Shown in pieces: positions 11,299 to 23,262 of a DNA stretch of 42,995 nucleotides. Positions within the stretch are counted from its first letter, which is position 1. Each line of letters opens with the position of its first letter. The DNA lies in the IMG/VR virus record IMGVR_UViG_2874920711_000002, positions 1-42,995 of that record; one strand, 5' to 3'. The translations under genes were made by a program, and so were the position numbers. A model generated the notes under the pieces. It saw nothing but the letters and a program-made list of their open reading frames with translations, was not told where the DNA came from and searched no databases. Source of the DNA: a virus. Taxonomy: Duplodnaviria; Heunggongvirae; Uroviricota; Caudoviricetes.

Positions 11299-14200
11299 TA
11301 CCGGTATGCTCCACTTAACCGGCCACCATCACGGGCCTGCTGTTGCATAAAGTCCGCGGCCGCTTTTTTCCCGAGGTCATAAACCACCTTCAGGGCAGCC
11401 GGACCTATCTGCCCGTTCGTGCCGTCGTTATTGATCTCAATGTTGTACTGCGGGGCAAACATCACCATGCCTGAACCACCAGTATCCGCCACAACCCCAG
11501 CTTACCATCAGCACCGCGACGCAGTGGCAGAATGGCTTCAGGTCCCGCTTCCCCCATCACACCCGCGCCTTTTGCAAAAGCAAAAAACGTCGGACGGTTA
11601 ACCACCGTGCCACTGTAGCGACTCAAATCAGCAGACTGGTAAACACCGCCATCAGCATTAGTCGTGAAGCCGAATAAAGAACCGACGCCCTTTACCGCCT
11701 GCATCATGGCCATCTGTGCCATAATTCTGGCCATATCTGACAACAGGGAAGAGGTGAAGGATTTAAAATTCAGCTTACCGGTGGTACAGAATGTCGCCAG
11801 TGCATTACCGGCACTGCTGAATGCCACTGTAAACATCTGTTCTGCCGTTCCCGCCGCATTATCCGCATCCGCCGTAAAATTCTGAAACGCCCGCATGGCA
11901 CCGTTTTTCCAGTCGCCCTGCGCCACTTCCAGTTCCTGCCAGTAGCGTTTGTTTTCATTCAGTTGTCGCTTCAGGCTCCCCTTCAGCACCTCCTCAGCCC
12001 TCCGGTAGTCCTCCGTCCCGTAAGTGCCTTTCTGGCGACTGTCATTCTCAAGCTGTTGCAACTGTTGCCGGTATTCCTGCCGGATGCGCAACTGTGCCTG
12101 GTAGCGCTGCCGCTGCTTATCCCCCATACCTGCAGTGGCAATATCCAGATTGTGCTGCTCACGCAGTGCACGTTCTTTGTCTGCCAGCTGGCTGGTCAGC
12201 TGAACCGTTTTTTTTCTCAGGTCGTTAAGCGCTGTCTGTTTCTGCAGCTCCTGCTGTTTCACATCCAGCAGCGTCAGCGCCTGAATCAGCTCATTCTTAC
12301 GGGCCAGCACACTCTTTTCATCTGCCGTCAGCTTTTTCCCGTCCAGGTCGCTGATGCGCTGCTGCAGGGCCAGAAGCTGTTTATGCGCTTCAGTCATCCT
12401 TTCAGTGGCAATGCCTGCTGACTGTCTGGCAGCAGCAATCTGCCCTTCCACCTGTGCCTGCTGCTGACTGTACTGCAGCAATAACCGGGTGGCCTCATCA
12501 TTACGGGTTGCCCGTGTATTTTTCTTAATGGCTTTTTCGTAACGTTCATTTTCACGCTGTATCGCCGCATCCCTGACAGCCTGGTCGGCGTACTGCATGG
12601 CATTAATACGCGCAATTTCCCGCTGATGTCGTGCAGCTTCCGTTTCATTCATCCGGTTCAGCGCGGCATTTTCAGCATTCCGGCGTTTCTGTTGCTCCTG
12701 GTAATTCCGTTCTGCCTGCGCTTTTGCATCCTGCAAATCCTTCCGGCGTTTTTTCTCCTGAAGATCGTTAAGACGCTGCTGATCGTACTCCACCTGTGTG
12801 GAGGCGTTTGTCCACGGATATTTTTTCGCGCGCTGAATTTTTTCCTGTAACGCATCAATCTGCGCATCCAGCGAGTCTTCACGACCAATATTCATGGCCG
12901 CATCCCAGAACTGCTTCCACCAGTCAGACAAGGTTTGCAGCGTACTACCCAGCGCATTGAGATTATTATCAATATCAGATGTGCGTTTACCGGTTTCCTC
13001 TGCCAGCGCAGACATGGCGATCCGGGCCGCATCACTGGACCGCCCCTGCTCCCCAAGGACGCGTATCTGCTCAAGCTGAGTGGCAGTCAAAAAATGCAGC
13101 GCATTGTCCAGCGCCTTCGCGGCATTTACAGGATCATCCTTCAGCCGCTTAAACTGATTTATGGTATCGCTGACCGACTGGCCAACCGATCGCTCCATCT
13201 GTGCGGCAGCTTTCGCCACCATACCAATATCGTTTCCATGAAATGCCCCACTGCCCACTACCTGTGCCAGCGCACCGGCTGCCGCATGTTGCGTGATACC
13301 ATTCCCGGATATGGCCCGGCTGAGTTTCCACAACTGCCCGACAGTGACACCGGCATAATGTCCCGTCAGCGCCAGCTGACGGTTAAATTCCTCGCCCTCC
13401 TTCCGGCCGTCATGCCAGGCTTTACCCAGACCCAGGACCGCCGCGACAAGTCCGCCAATAACGCCGCCAGTCATCATGCCTTTCGGCGACATCAGTGCGC
13501 CTGTCCATCCGGCACGGTTAGCCAGCGTTATCCCGGCTCCCCTCAGCGCACCAAAATTGCCGCGCGCCATCTGACTGATTAACACCCCAGCTCCCGCCGG
13601 GCTGCCGCACTTTTCAGCCCAGCGAATGTGTGGCTTTTCCTGCCCGCTCCATTTTGCGGATATACACTTCTGCAGCACTGCTTACCCCAGCTGAGCCGCC
13701 CTGGCGCGAAGCAACTCAGAAGACGACAGATTCTGGCGGGTTGCCTGCTCTTTAAGCTGGCGGATAAACGCCGCTTTCTGCCGGGTGGCCTGTTCCTCTG
13801 CCTGCGTCAGGGCACGGGTTTTCGCCGTGATCTCCGAAATCAGCGCCAGATAATCCTGCTGACCAACCCCGCCACTGTTTCTGGCCTGTCGGATCTGCTG
13901 CTGAATACGCTGTAATTCCTGAAGCCCCGCACCGGCCTGTTTCACACTGTCAATCTGGCGATAAAAGGCGGCAGCCGCTTTATCCTGCGCCTCCGCCAGT
14001 GCCCTGGCCTGCGCCTGTTCCTCGCGCATTTTCTGATTCAGGGCATCCACGCGCAGACGGGTTTGTTCCACCTCACGGGCCATGCGTTCATGAGCCCGTG
14101 CATTCTTCTCCACCGTCTGCGCATGGGCTGATGCTGCTGTTGCAGCCGAAGAAGCCGCCTGCATTGTCTGCCGGGCCGCCTGAGTCTGACGCTCCATAAA

Positions 14201-14335
14201 ACGCTGCATACGGGCAGAAGACCGTTCTGCATCGCTGGCTGCACCATTCAGAAGGTTTTTGATACGGGGAATTTCATTTTTAAACTCTGCCGCATCAATC
14301 CCCAAATCAATGACCAGGTTGGCTATCTGGTCCAT
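11298..14335 (-). CDS. H: Tail tape measure protein H, split into three ORFs
   Basis: ORFs 13682-14365 (N-terminal part, internal start MDQIANLVIDLGIDAAEF), 11462-13678 (coiled-coil Q/R/E-rich body) and 11298-11492 (…NNDGTNGQIGPAALKVVYD… lambda H C-terminal motif); size and position fit a tape measure gene. Confidence 0.8.
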
Positions 14336-15029
14336 AACGCACACCTCCGGAAATACCTTCCCCAAGATGCATCAGTTCTTCGTCCGTTCGCTCCGGTATC
14401 CCGTTCTCTTCCGGTAAAAGGCTGAAATCAGCCACCGCAGCATCGCTGCTGCCGGACACCATTCTCACGATCAATGCCTTCAGCGAGGCAAACTGCGCAT
14501 CCATCCACACATCACTGAAGCTCTGCATCCGGAAATAATCGCCCCACTCACCAAGCTCAGTGGCCGACATATCCGACAGCATCCGCCGCCAGTCTGCCCG
14601 CCGGAACTCCCGGGCAAGCCGCATGACAAACTGCATTTCCCGCGTCAGGACTTTTCCGGCGTCAGCGCCTCATGATCATCATCCCCGGCATTCTCAATGG
14701 TCCCATACCGCTCAGCGACAGAACCCTCTCCGCCCCGCGCCCAGCGCATCATACGACCATGTTGTCATAATGGATGCGCAAAGCGTCTCAACATCCTGAG
14801 ACTGCTCAGCATTCCACAGTGAGCGGGAAACCAGCCAGGCATTGATATCCATTCCCATACGCAGAAAAGCAATCTGTCGTTCAGCCTCCGGCAGTTCTCC
14901 CTCCTGTGCATCAAACTTTGCCGTTCGCTGCTGAACAAACGTCAGATATTCAATTCTCTGCAGCCCGGACAGCTCACTGAGCACCACGGACTGTTTTTCA
15001 TAATTAAACGTATCCTGTTTCAGAAACAT
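14307..15029 (-). CDS. G: Tail assembly chaperones G and G-T
   Basis: MFLKQDTF…VVLSELSGLQRIEYL… matches the lambda G N-terminus; the 14307-14636 ORF has the position of the T extension; G itself appears to carry an extra indel near 14750. Confidence 0.6.
14651..14659 (-). other. Candidate programmed -1 frameshift slippery site for G-T
   Basis: Minus-strand CCGGAAAAG near the end of the restored G frame; reading -1 from here enters the T ORF (…PEK/VLTREMQFVMRLAREF…). Lambda uses GGGAAAG at the equivalent position. Confidence 0.3.
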
Positions 15030-15086
15030 CATGTTCTCCGGATGCAAAAAGCCCGGATAACCGGGGCAATGATGAGTATCGTCCTG

Positions 15087-15769
15087 TTATGGTGCGCTGA
15101 CGGTCACCGCAGCCACTGCCACAAACTCTCCGTCAGAGGTCATGCCCACGATGCTGACACTGCCCTGCTTCACGCCTTTCACCGTGGCCACAAGCCCGCT
15201 CAGGGTCACCGAAGCAGTCTGAGGATCTGACGAATGCACACTGATCGCTTTGACACTGACAGATGCCGGTGCCACCGTCAGTCCGGTAACACCCACGGTT
15301 TCAGCGCCCTCCTCTGCCAGATACGGACGCCCCACACCGCTGATTTTTACAGTACGGGTCATCACCTCTTTTGAGGTAATGGTTTTACCCAGAGAACTCA
15401 GCCAGCCACGGAAAACATCAACCGTACCGTTGGGGTATTTGATACGAAACGCGCAGACTTCACCGGAATCGAACAACTGAACCAGTTTTTTCTGCCCGCT
15501 GTCACCCGGACGCCAGGCCAGCGTCGCCAAAGTATCACCGACGGATTTCTGCCCTGGGTTGTCGTTTTCCAGTCTGCATCTTCATCATCGAGATAAGTGT
15601 CATCTTCTGCATCAGCGGTCATTTCGCCAGGTTGCAGATCCTTCACCATCGCAAGACGCAGCCAGTCAGTGTCCGACAAAGGGTTCGCAAACGCATCGCC
15701 CTTGCCGGTGTACATCCAGAACGTCGTTCCCGCACCTTTCGTTTTTGCCAGTGGATTTGGTGTGGTCAT
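15087..15769 (-). CDS. V: Major tail protein V, frameshifted
   Basis: MTTPNPLAKTKGAGTTFWMY…LDDEDADW… (lambda V N-terminus, ORF 15398-15844) then …FRIKYPNGTVDVFRGWLSS… and an Ig-like C-terminal domain (ORF 15087-15530) in a second frame. Confidence 0.8.
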
Positions 15770-15779
15770 TGCCACCTCC

Positions 15780-16181
15780 TTAATTCGTGTACGTGATCTG
15801 GTACGTGATTTCCGCCATCGCCCAGGTGGCCATCTCATTATCACGTTGATAGTTAAAACCGAGTGGGTTCATGGTGTCGATGAGTCCGGAAAATGCAGGT
15901 ACATCATTCAGGGCCGGGAAAATGGTGCTCTCCATCCACATATCCAGCTCTGAATCCGGTGCCTGTGCCCGGATGAAGACGGCAATATGCAGAACAGCCT
16001 GCCAGTCATCTTCATCCGTCATTTTTCCGGTGTACTGAGCATCACTCAGCCACACCGCCACGGCAGGCAGTTCCTGCGCATCAATAAATGCCGGAAGCCC
16101 GTCAAAAAACGTGGCGCTGTCTCCACACTGTTCCCGAAGGCGTGCCAGTACGACCTGGCGGATCTGTGTATGTCGGTTCAT
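15780..16181 (-). CDS. U: Tail terminator protein U
   Basis: …ATFFDGLPAFIDAQELPAVAVWLSDAQYTG…WQAVLHIAVFIRAQAPDSELDMWMES… matches lambda U; start taken at MNRHTQ. Confidence 0.8.
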   Translation of the reverse strand: MNRHTQIRQVVLARLREQCGDSATFFDGLPAFIDAQELPAVAVWLSDAQYTGKMTDEDDWQAVLHIAVFIRAQAPDSELDMWMESTIFPALNDVPAFSGLIDTMNPLGFNYQRDNEMATWAMAEITYQITYTN

Positions 16182-16761
16182 CGGGTCAGCCATAACCTCA
16201 GTTGTTGTTTCAGTGCATACCCCAGCTGTTTCGGCATTTCCGCAGCAATGATGCGGTCGCGGGCATCTTCAAATGCCTGTGTCAGCGGTCCGGACAGCGG
16301 GATTTTCACCACATCAATGGGGTAACGATTTTTGCCGTCAATACGCCGCATCACATGCCAGCGACCATTCGCCAGTTGCTGAATAAACGCATCCCGGAAA
16401 AGGTATTTCCCCACTTTCAGTACGCTGCCACGATGACGTGAGTTGCTGCCATGCCGGGAGCGGGCCAGTCTGACCTGTGCGGTACCCAGCTTAATGGCGG
16501 GCAGGTTACCCCGGTTAACACGCATGCGGGCATACATTTTTCCTGAGGGCTGGCTTTAAGCAGCCTGACACGCTCCCTGACCGTTTTCAGGGGAATACCT
16601 TTCACCTGGTTATCCCCGGCAACGGTATTCTGCGCAACCTGCCGTGTGGCGACAGAAATAATCTTTGCCGCCACACGGTTTACCGCCCATGCGCTGGCCT
16701 GTGGCACCATGCGGGTATCGAGGCTGTTCAGATTATGGATGGCATTCTCAAGCCCCTTCAT
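16178..16761 (-). CDS. Z: Tail completion protein Z, frameshifted
   Basis: MKGLENAIHNLNSLDTRMVP…AVNRVA… (lambda Z N-terminus, ORF 16417-16761) and …VMRRIDGKNRYPIDVVKIPL… (ORF 16178-16537) in two frames. Confidence 0.7.
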
Positions 16762-16786
16762 CCCACACCTCTTTACTCAATAAAGA

Positions 16787-17047
16787 TCATTGGTTTACCG
16801 TTAAAGCGTTCATGCCGTGTGACCGTCCATTGTTGTCCGTCATAAACAACGCGGTCCCGCGCCGTGGGCGGTATCCCGAAGAAAACACCACCAGAGAGAC
16901 CGCCGGTCCGGACAGAGCGTTCAGCTCTGCCAGAGTTTCTCCCGGGAGCACAGGCATATAAACATCATTAATCGAGGCCATCTTTCCCATCTTTCTGACC
17001 GTGATCGCATCCATACGCGCTGCCTGCCGGGAAAAGGGATCAGACAT
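16787..17047 (-). CDS. Head-tail joining protein, FII-like
   Basis: 86-aa ORF between the head module and Z, with loose resemblance to lambda FII; C-terminus may be frameshifted. Confidence 0.45.
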   Translation of the reverse strand: MSDPFSRQAARMDAITVRKMGKMASINDVYMPVLPGETLAELNALSGPAVSLVVFSSGYRPRRGTALFMTDNNGRSHGMNALTVNQ

Positions 17048-17363
17048 TGAGTTTTACCGGCACTTCTTCTGCACCAGCTCCGGCATCTGCCCAGACAACC
17101 CCGACCAGCGGATCAGAGCCGCTGTTAGTCAGCTGAACTTTTCCGGACTTCAGAAAAACCTTCTTACCCGTTTTCATGTCATCCGTTTTCAGCTTAGGCA
17201 GCATAAACACACCTTCGGTCAGGCCGTCGCCTGTTTCACCCTGTGGAATATCGGTCAGCGCCACCGCAAAAACATCACCCACCTGCACCAGATCTCCGCT
17301 GCTGATGGCTGCACTGGCAACAATCGCCACCGTTTTTCCTTCTTCTACAAAATTCTTTGCCAT
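17040..17363 (-). CDS. Small head-associated protein, DUF2190-like
   Basis: 107-aa Gly/Val-rich protein immediately downstream of the major capsid gene, a position and composition typical of DUF2190 proteins. Confidence 0.4.
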   Translation of the reverse strand: MAKNFVEEGKTVAIVASAAISSGDLVQVGDVFAVALTDIPQGETGDGLTEGVFMLPKLKTDDMKTGKKVFLKSGKVQLTNSGSDPLVGVVWADAGAGAEEVPVKLNV

Positions 17364-17403
17364 AACTGTCTCCGCACAGCCCGTTCAGGGCTGATTTCAG
17401 GTA

Positions 17404-17423
17404 CAAAAAAAGCCCTTACGGGC
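17404..17423 (-). terminator. Rho-independent terminator after the capsid gene
   Basis: Minus-strand GCCCGTAAGGGC hairpin followed by TTTTTTTG; a second hairpin CAGCCCGTTCAGGGCTG lies at 17378-17394. Confidence 0.5.
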
Positions 17424-17447
17424 CATCAGAGTTGTTGTCTGCGACGT

Positions 17448-18464
17448 TTACGCCGTACATTTCACCAGGCCGCGGTGATCAACTGGCGCAACACCGGCGT
17501 CAATACGCACTTTCGTTGTCACGCCATCCACACTGAAGCCCTCCATCTGATCAATATATGGCGTATCCACACCGTTGAGATAAGCCACTTCAATCGTATC
17601 GGAGCCTTTGGACGCAGCCAGGTAGAAGGTGGTCTGGCTGTTATCATCAAGACGAGGCTCTGCAATAACGGTCGCAAAATCTTTCACCGGGTTAATAATA
17701 CCGGCGTTAATGTCAGCCCCCTTGACACTTGAGGAGCGAATGACCTGGTTAGCAACAGACTCCATCGCCGTCGGTACCAGTACGAACGCAGGACGAATAT
17801 TCAGATGACGCTCCCCTCTTTCTGAACACGCATCAACTGGCGGGCTTTATCCAGCGATGCCACGTCCATTGCAGCGCTCTCCAGTACGTTTGCATGTTTC
17901 GCTTTATCGAACAGACTTACATTATCTGTGGAGATTTTCGGGTTAGACGTCAGAATGGCATAAACCAGATCGGCAATAGTGGATTTCGCCGCACGGCCCA
18001 GTTTCATCGGGACATCGGTCAGCATATTCAGATCATCGTTGATAATGGCCTGACGGGTGATACTGAACAGTTCACCATAGGTCGCCAGTGCAATCGTGGC
18101 CTGTTTATCTCCGGTAGTAACGTATTTATATTCCGCCCTTCACGCACCTGACGCAGAGCACTGAAGCCCCCATACCCACACGATGGGCAATTTTAAAATC
18201 AGACAGCTGACCTTTCCGCGTCCACTGTTCATAGGTTTCAGGGGCATCTTCCCAGCCCTGCAGAATGGCTTTGTTCGCAACATCCAGCAGAATATTACCG
18301 AAGTCAGACGTACTGTGTGTGAACGCCGCACCGACCATCTGCATCGGGTTATAACCGGAAACCCCAATACCCCGTTCAGTCAGTGACATACGGGCATATT
18401 CACGCAGGGTCATCCCGTTGTAGACATTATCACGTTCAGTTTTTTCAAACCCGGCACGCGCCAT
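17448..18464 (-). CDS. Major capsid protein (HK97-fold type), split into three ORFs
   Basis: ORFs 18126-18464, 17801-18025 and 17448-17765 are collinear pieces of one capsid-like protein (…MTLREYARMSLTERGIGVSGYNP…, …LNMLTDVPMKLGRAAKST…, …MESVANQVIRSSSVKGADINAGIINPVKDFATVIAEP…). Confidence 0.7.
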
Positions 18465-19433
18465 CAGCGCCTGGCGGATCCCGTCCCCACAAAATTACCG
18501 TTTCCGGCATAAATATGGGCCGGGTATTTTTATTTGATGGTGAAAATTCCTTACCCATTTCGTTAAGTAATTTCTCACGGGCCTGCTCAAGCGAGCACTC
18601 CGGCTCGGAAAGACAACTGGCCTGCAATGTCTGATAACGCCCGCCAAACATACCAAACAGTTCATTAATACCACTCACACGTGCTTTTTGCTCTGCCAGT
18701 ACCTGCGCACGGATACTGCTTTCATCTGCGGAAGGTGCATTTGTGGTGGTCACGGTTGTGGCAACCTGAGCCGTAGTCTGCTCCTGTGTCTGAGATGCAG
18801 TATTTTTGTTTTCAGGTTCACGCGTTGCACTGTTGCGTGGCGGAGTAATCATGTTTCGAATGGATTCCGGCATCTTTTTAAATTCCTCTGTACGTTTTGA
18901 CTGAATACATGCCATTGCCTTAACGGCTGGCGTCACCTGATCAGCAAATCCATGTGCCAGACATTCGGCACCGGACATCCAGGTCTCATCCGCCAGCATG
19001 GCAGCAACTTCATCGGTGGTTTTCCCGGTTTTCTGTGCATAAGCGGGTAACAGAACCGCCTCAACTTTATCGAGCAGGTCGGCATAGGTGCGCATGTCCT
19101 CCGCATCACCGCCCGTAAAGCCAAATGGTTTATGAATCATCATGAAGGTGTTTTCCGGCATAATGACCGGGTTTCCCACCATCGCAATGACCGACACCAT
19201 TGATGCCGCCACACCGTCAACATAAACGGTAATGGACGCACCATGTGTTTTCAGTGCATTAAAAATGGCGATGCCTTCAAAGACATCGCCACCCGGTGAA
19301 TTGATATGGAGATTAATGTGGGTGATATCGCCCAGTGCATTCAGATCACTGATAAACTGCTTCGCCGTAACACCCAGAAACCAATCTCGTCATAAATATA
19401 AATATCCGCGTCACTCTGGTGACCTGCCTGCAT
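18445..19433 (-). CDS. Prohead protease (ClpP/S14-like) with scaffold-like C-terminal region, N-terminus frameshifted
   Basis: …VAASMVSVIAMVGNPVIMPENTFMMIHKP… is a ClpP-type motif; the N-terminus MQAGHQSDADIYIYDEIGFW is at 19433 in another frame, with an apparent GGG versus GGGG indel just after GFW. Confidence 0.7.
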
Positions 19434-19446
19434 CCTGAACCAGGAA

Positions 19447-20952
19447 TTATTCTTCGGACTGGCCGTCGGTGTGCTGCGGCTCCTGTCGTTTCGTTGCGAC
19501 ACTGCTGCCTCCTTTATCACTGGCCGGATCGGTATCAAATATCAGACCCAGCTTGCGGTTTTCATCAATTTCAGCCTTGCGCCGACGTTTGACATCATCC
19601 GGATTACGCCCACCTGCTCGCACCCAGTCTGATTCTGTCGCCGCTCCACCGCGAATCTGGATTTTCCAGGCCTCAGCCTCCTTAACCGGATCAATCCACG
19701 GCATGACCGGACCGGAATATGTTGCGTTACACAACGTTTTCATATCCACATCCGACGGAATTTTCAGCAGACCTGCTGCTACCACCATGTTCAGCCACGT
19801 CCGGTACACGGGACGGGTTACAGCACCAATAAAGCAGTCCTGCAGGATCAGATAGCCGTCAGTGGACTCGACCAGCTCCTGTCGCTGAGCGCTGTAGGTA
19901 CCGTTGTAATTGCGCGCCGCACTGGAAAAACTCATACGACTGCCTGCGGCCACCGCACGCAGCTGCCCGTTACGAAAAGTTTCAAGGTTAGGATTGGGCC
20001 GATCAGATTTGACCATGCCAATATCTTCCCCCTTGCGCAAATCGTCATAAATAATGCCAGGGGTGATATGCAGTTCCCGGTCATTATCTTTATTTATCGT
20101 GGCGTCTTCATAATCCTGCCCATCTCCTTTACGGATATACAGCCCCAGAGCCGCAGCAACACGCGCCGCTGTCAGCTCAGCATCTTCATATTCCTTAAGC
20201 GCACTGATCCGCATCAGCACACCTGACAACATGGATGTACCACGCGTCTGATGCAGACGACGGGTAAATTTCAGATGCACCATATTTTCGGCAACGATCT
20301 CTTTGGTATCACTCAGCCGCCCGGTAGTCGGATGATTTTTATAAACCAGGTATTTTTTCGGTCTGCCCCAGTCATCCAGAAAAACACCCTGATTCAACCC
20401 CACAGATTCATCACTGAGCATGGGCACAAAATCCGGCTCCATTGCCTCGATCCAGAAAGGCACGCCAGCAGTCCGCACCAGCCCTCCGCCGGCACCACGA
20501 ACCAGCTGGGCAAACACTTCACCATCACGTAACCAGGTACGCAGCAGCAGACGCTCGAGCATGGGGCGCGTATACTGCCCGGTCACATCCGGACTGACAG
20601 ACCATTCCACCCACAAGCGACGGATAATCATTGCCAGCTCTGTGGCTATATCACCGTTCTTCAGTAATGGCTGGGGTTCGACAACGATCCCTTTTGCACC
20701 AATCACCCGTTCCTCAAGTTTGTCGAAAACACCGATTACCAGATCATGATTGATGTCCAGAAAACGAGCCTGCTCCCGCAGGGAAACTGCACCGTACTTA
20801 CTGAGCTGGTCGGCAGAACGATTTTCCCGCCGGGCTTTATGTGTACGAGTAGGCTTCACTGCCTCATAGGCACGAATTAATGCCCTTGAGCGCAATCTCG
20901 CAGCTTTCCAGCCAGGTGAAAAAACACCAATCACATCATCAAGAATTGCCAT
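19447..20952 (-). CDS. Portal protein
   Basis: Intact 501-aa ORF between gpW-like and protease genes; size and position are those of a lambdoid/HK97-type portal. Confidence 0.85.
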   Translation of the reverse strand: MAILDDVIGVFSPGWKAARLRSRALIRAYEAVKPTRTHKARRENRSADQLSKYGAVSLREQARFLDINHDLVIGVFDKLEERVIGAKGIVVEPQPLLKNGDIATELAMIIRRLWVEWSVSPDVTGQYTRPMLERLLLRTWLRDGEVFAQLVRGAGGGLVRTAGVPFWIEAMEPDFVPMLSDESVGLNQGVFLDDWGRPKKYLVYKNHPTTGRLSDTKEIVAENMVHLKFTRRLHQTRGTSMLSGVLMRISALKEYEDAELTAARVAAALGLYIRKGDGQDYEDATINKDNDRELHITPGIIYDDLRKGEDIGMVKSDRPNPNLETFRNGQLRAVAAGSRMSFSSAARNYNGTYSAQRQELVESTDGYLILQDCFIGAVTRPVYRTWLNMVVAAGLLKIPSDVDMKTLCNATYSGPVMPWIDPVKEAEAWKIQIRGGAATESDWVRAGGRNPDDVKRRRKAEIDENRKLGLIFDTDPASDKGGSSVATKRQEPQHTDGQSEE

Positions 20953-21188
20953 CAGAACCTCGCCAGTTTATAGCCCGGCGTCCCCCGTCGCCGCGCAGCC
21001 AGAGTCGCAAGGCGACGTTCCCACTCCTGCCGCCCCTGTCGGATCTCGGATAAGTTTTCCATGGTCATCTGCTGACCATTAAAAGTAATGGACTTTCCGT
21101 CCAGCACTGCCATTTCCGCATTGATATAACGATGGATCATGGCTTCAATATCATTCTGGTTCACAACCATCCTCCGGAAGTCACCCAT
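20952..21188 (-). CDS. W: Head-tail joining protein, gpW-like
   Basis: 78-aa ORF between terminase and portal; ending …RRRGTPGYKLARF resembles the lambda W C-terminus. Confidence 0.55.
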   Translation of the reverse strand: MGDFRRMVVNQNDIEAMIHRYINAEMAVLDGKSITFNGQQMTMENLSEIRQGRQEWERRLATLAARRRGTPGYKLARF

Positions 21189-23262
21189 GGGTTTTCTTCA
21201 TCAGGCACCACTTTTTTTCGTTTCTTTTTTTTAACGGACACGGATACCGGCTCCGGCGAGGCTGACAGTCCGGCATCGTCCCTGACACGCTCCAGCCAGG
21301 TTTCCCTGCATGCCCATTCCGGCGCATCCGGCCACTGAATTTTCTCGTAACCATGCAGAATGACCAGAGCCTCGGCATACACCATCAGGTCAAAAGCTTC
21401 GTTGGCACCTCGACCCGGCTTACTCCATTTCCCGTCACTGCTCCGCTCTTCATACGTCAGTTCGTCGTAAAACCAGCTCCCCAGCCAGTCAGGGAAATGC
21501 ACATAGCCGGGACCTGGCGAGTCACGCCATAACGCGTTATTCACCCGGTCTTTCAGGGCATCCGTCTGAAGAAGCCAGAGCGGCACATCACCTGCGGCCT
21601 GCGCCCGTCGGCCCGTTCGTCCGGTGTTATCAGGGAATGTACGGGTGATCAGTTTTGCGCGCCGGATGCTGTCGCCCTTAAACAGGTAAATACGTTTACC
21701 AAGGCCATCACGACGGCAACGACGCCAGAATTTATAGGCATTATCAGTGACCCCGTCTTCACCGCCGGAGTCCACCGCCATTGCCATCAGTCGCATTTGT
21801 TGAGAAGGATCGGAGGCCAACGGCCAGCTTTTATGAAAAACATCCGTCAGCAGGACATCCCAGTCCTCAGGATAACCAGCAGGATCAATTCGCAGGCTTT
21901 CTCCGTTGTTGTCACAACGCAATGACTGCGTGATGTTGTAACGATCAATAATCCAGCGTTCGCCACGGCAACCATAACCCGTTACCTGAACCACAAAACG
22001 GCGATGACGTCCCGCCTGCACATCCACTGTCGCCGCCAGGAAATTAACACCATCCGGTACGCAGCGGGGAGGAACAGGCTCTGCCCGCTGCTCAAGCAGT
22101 TCACTTTTTCGTTGCTCCATGCTGGCGCGGGGAAGATAAGGTAATCCCCAGTCGGTGTTGATAACCGCCCTGAGTGTTTCTTCACTTCCGGTTGTCTCGT
22201 ATTCCTGTTCTGCAGTAAGCAGTTTGTAAACGAGTTGCGAGAGTGTCTGGTAAGCAGCTGCCGGACCCTCCATCCAGAATGACGCAATACGTGAGCGTCG
22301 GGGATCACCATAACGACTGCCATCCGCATTGATGGATTCACCATCCCGCAACCAGACCCCACGTCCGTTCAGCTCACGTTTTTGTTCAGGAATAATCCGT
22401 CCTGAACAGGAAGGACACTGAATATAAGCCGCCTCACTTGCCAGCACGGGATCGGCAATATCACGGAAACCAGCAACCACATCGCCGCAGGGCTGAAAAT
22501 ACTCACCACAGTGTGGACAGGGCCAGTACCAGCGACAGCGATCGCCACGGTTATAGAGCGACAGTATCCCCGTGGTTGGTGGAGCCTCATGCGGTGAAGT
22601 CCGTCGCCATTTCACATCCTTCACATCCCTGCCGGGGAACTCTCCACCAGCGTCATACCACTGGACATAAATGTTGTGGTACGTTTTGAGGCAAGAGAGA
22701 AAGCATCCCCCTCGCCATCAATATCTTCCGGAAAACGGTCATAATCCGTCAGCGCGACGCATTTATAATCTGATGAGGACATGATATTGACTGACGGCCA
22801 GCCGATTTTCAGGTAGTTGCCAGCAAGGAATGTTCTGTCATAAACGTTGTTGTCATTTTTGTTCGGACTCAGGCGACTGACCACTTCCGGGCTGACGCGA
22901 AACGTTCTGGCGAGTCGTTTTTTGGAGTGTTCGCGGGCTTTTTCCTCCGTCATCTGAATAATCAGCATATCAGCAGGATCGCAAATCACGTTGTAAATCA
23001 CCCAGCCGTCAATCAGGCCGATAGTCTTGCCGGTTCGTGCCGGGCCAACAAATATCAATGCGTCGTATTCACGCGAGGCCAGGCAGTTCATCGGCTCAAT
23101 AACATACGGTGCCACCAGCGGATCCCACGGGACTGAGTTCCCTGCCCCCATGGGCACCCGCATATACTGAGCAACGGCATCAGCAACCCGCATTCGTCTC
23201 GGTGCGCGAAGGATATAACCTGAATCGGTTCGTGCTGCCTTTGCGGTTTCCTGATTCAGCAT
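21161..23262 (-). CDS. A: Terminase large subunit (lambda A-like), frameshifted near 22624
   Basis: ORF 22621-23262 has the N-terminal ATPase region (…IFVGPARTGKT…) and ORF 21161-22624 the Cys-rich and nuclease parts; combined length about 700 aa. Confidence 0.85.

Noticed and set aside
12935-13582. 215-aa plus-strand ORF (and similar plus-strand ORFs at 11963-12421, 17001-17732, 10266-10919, 4223-4789)
   Set aside because: All are antisense to confidently identified minus-strand tail or head genes (H, capsid/FII, L, Stf) and lack ribosome-binding sites and protein-like composition.
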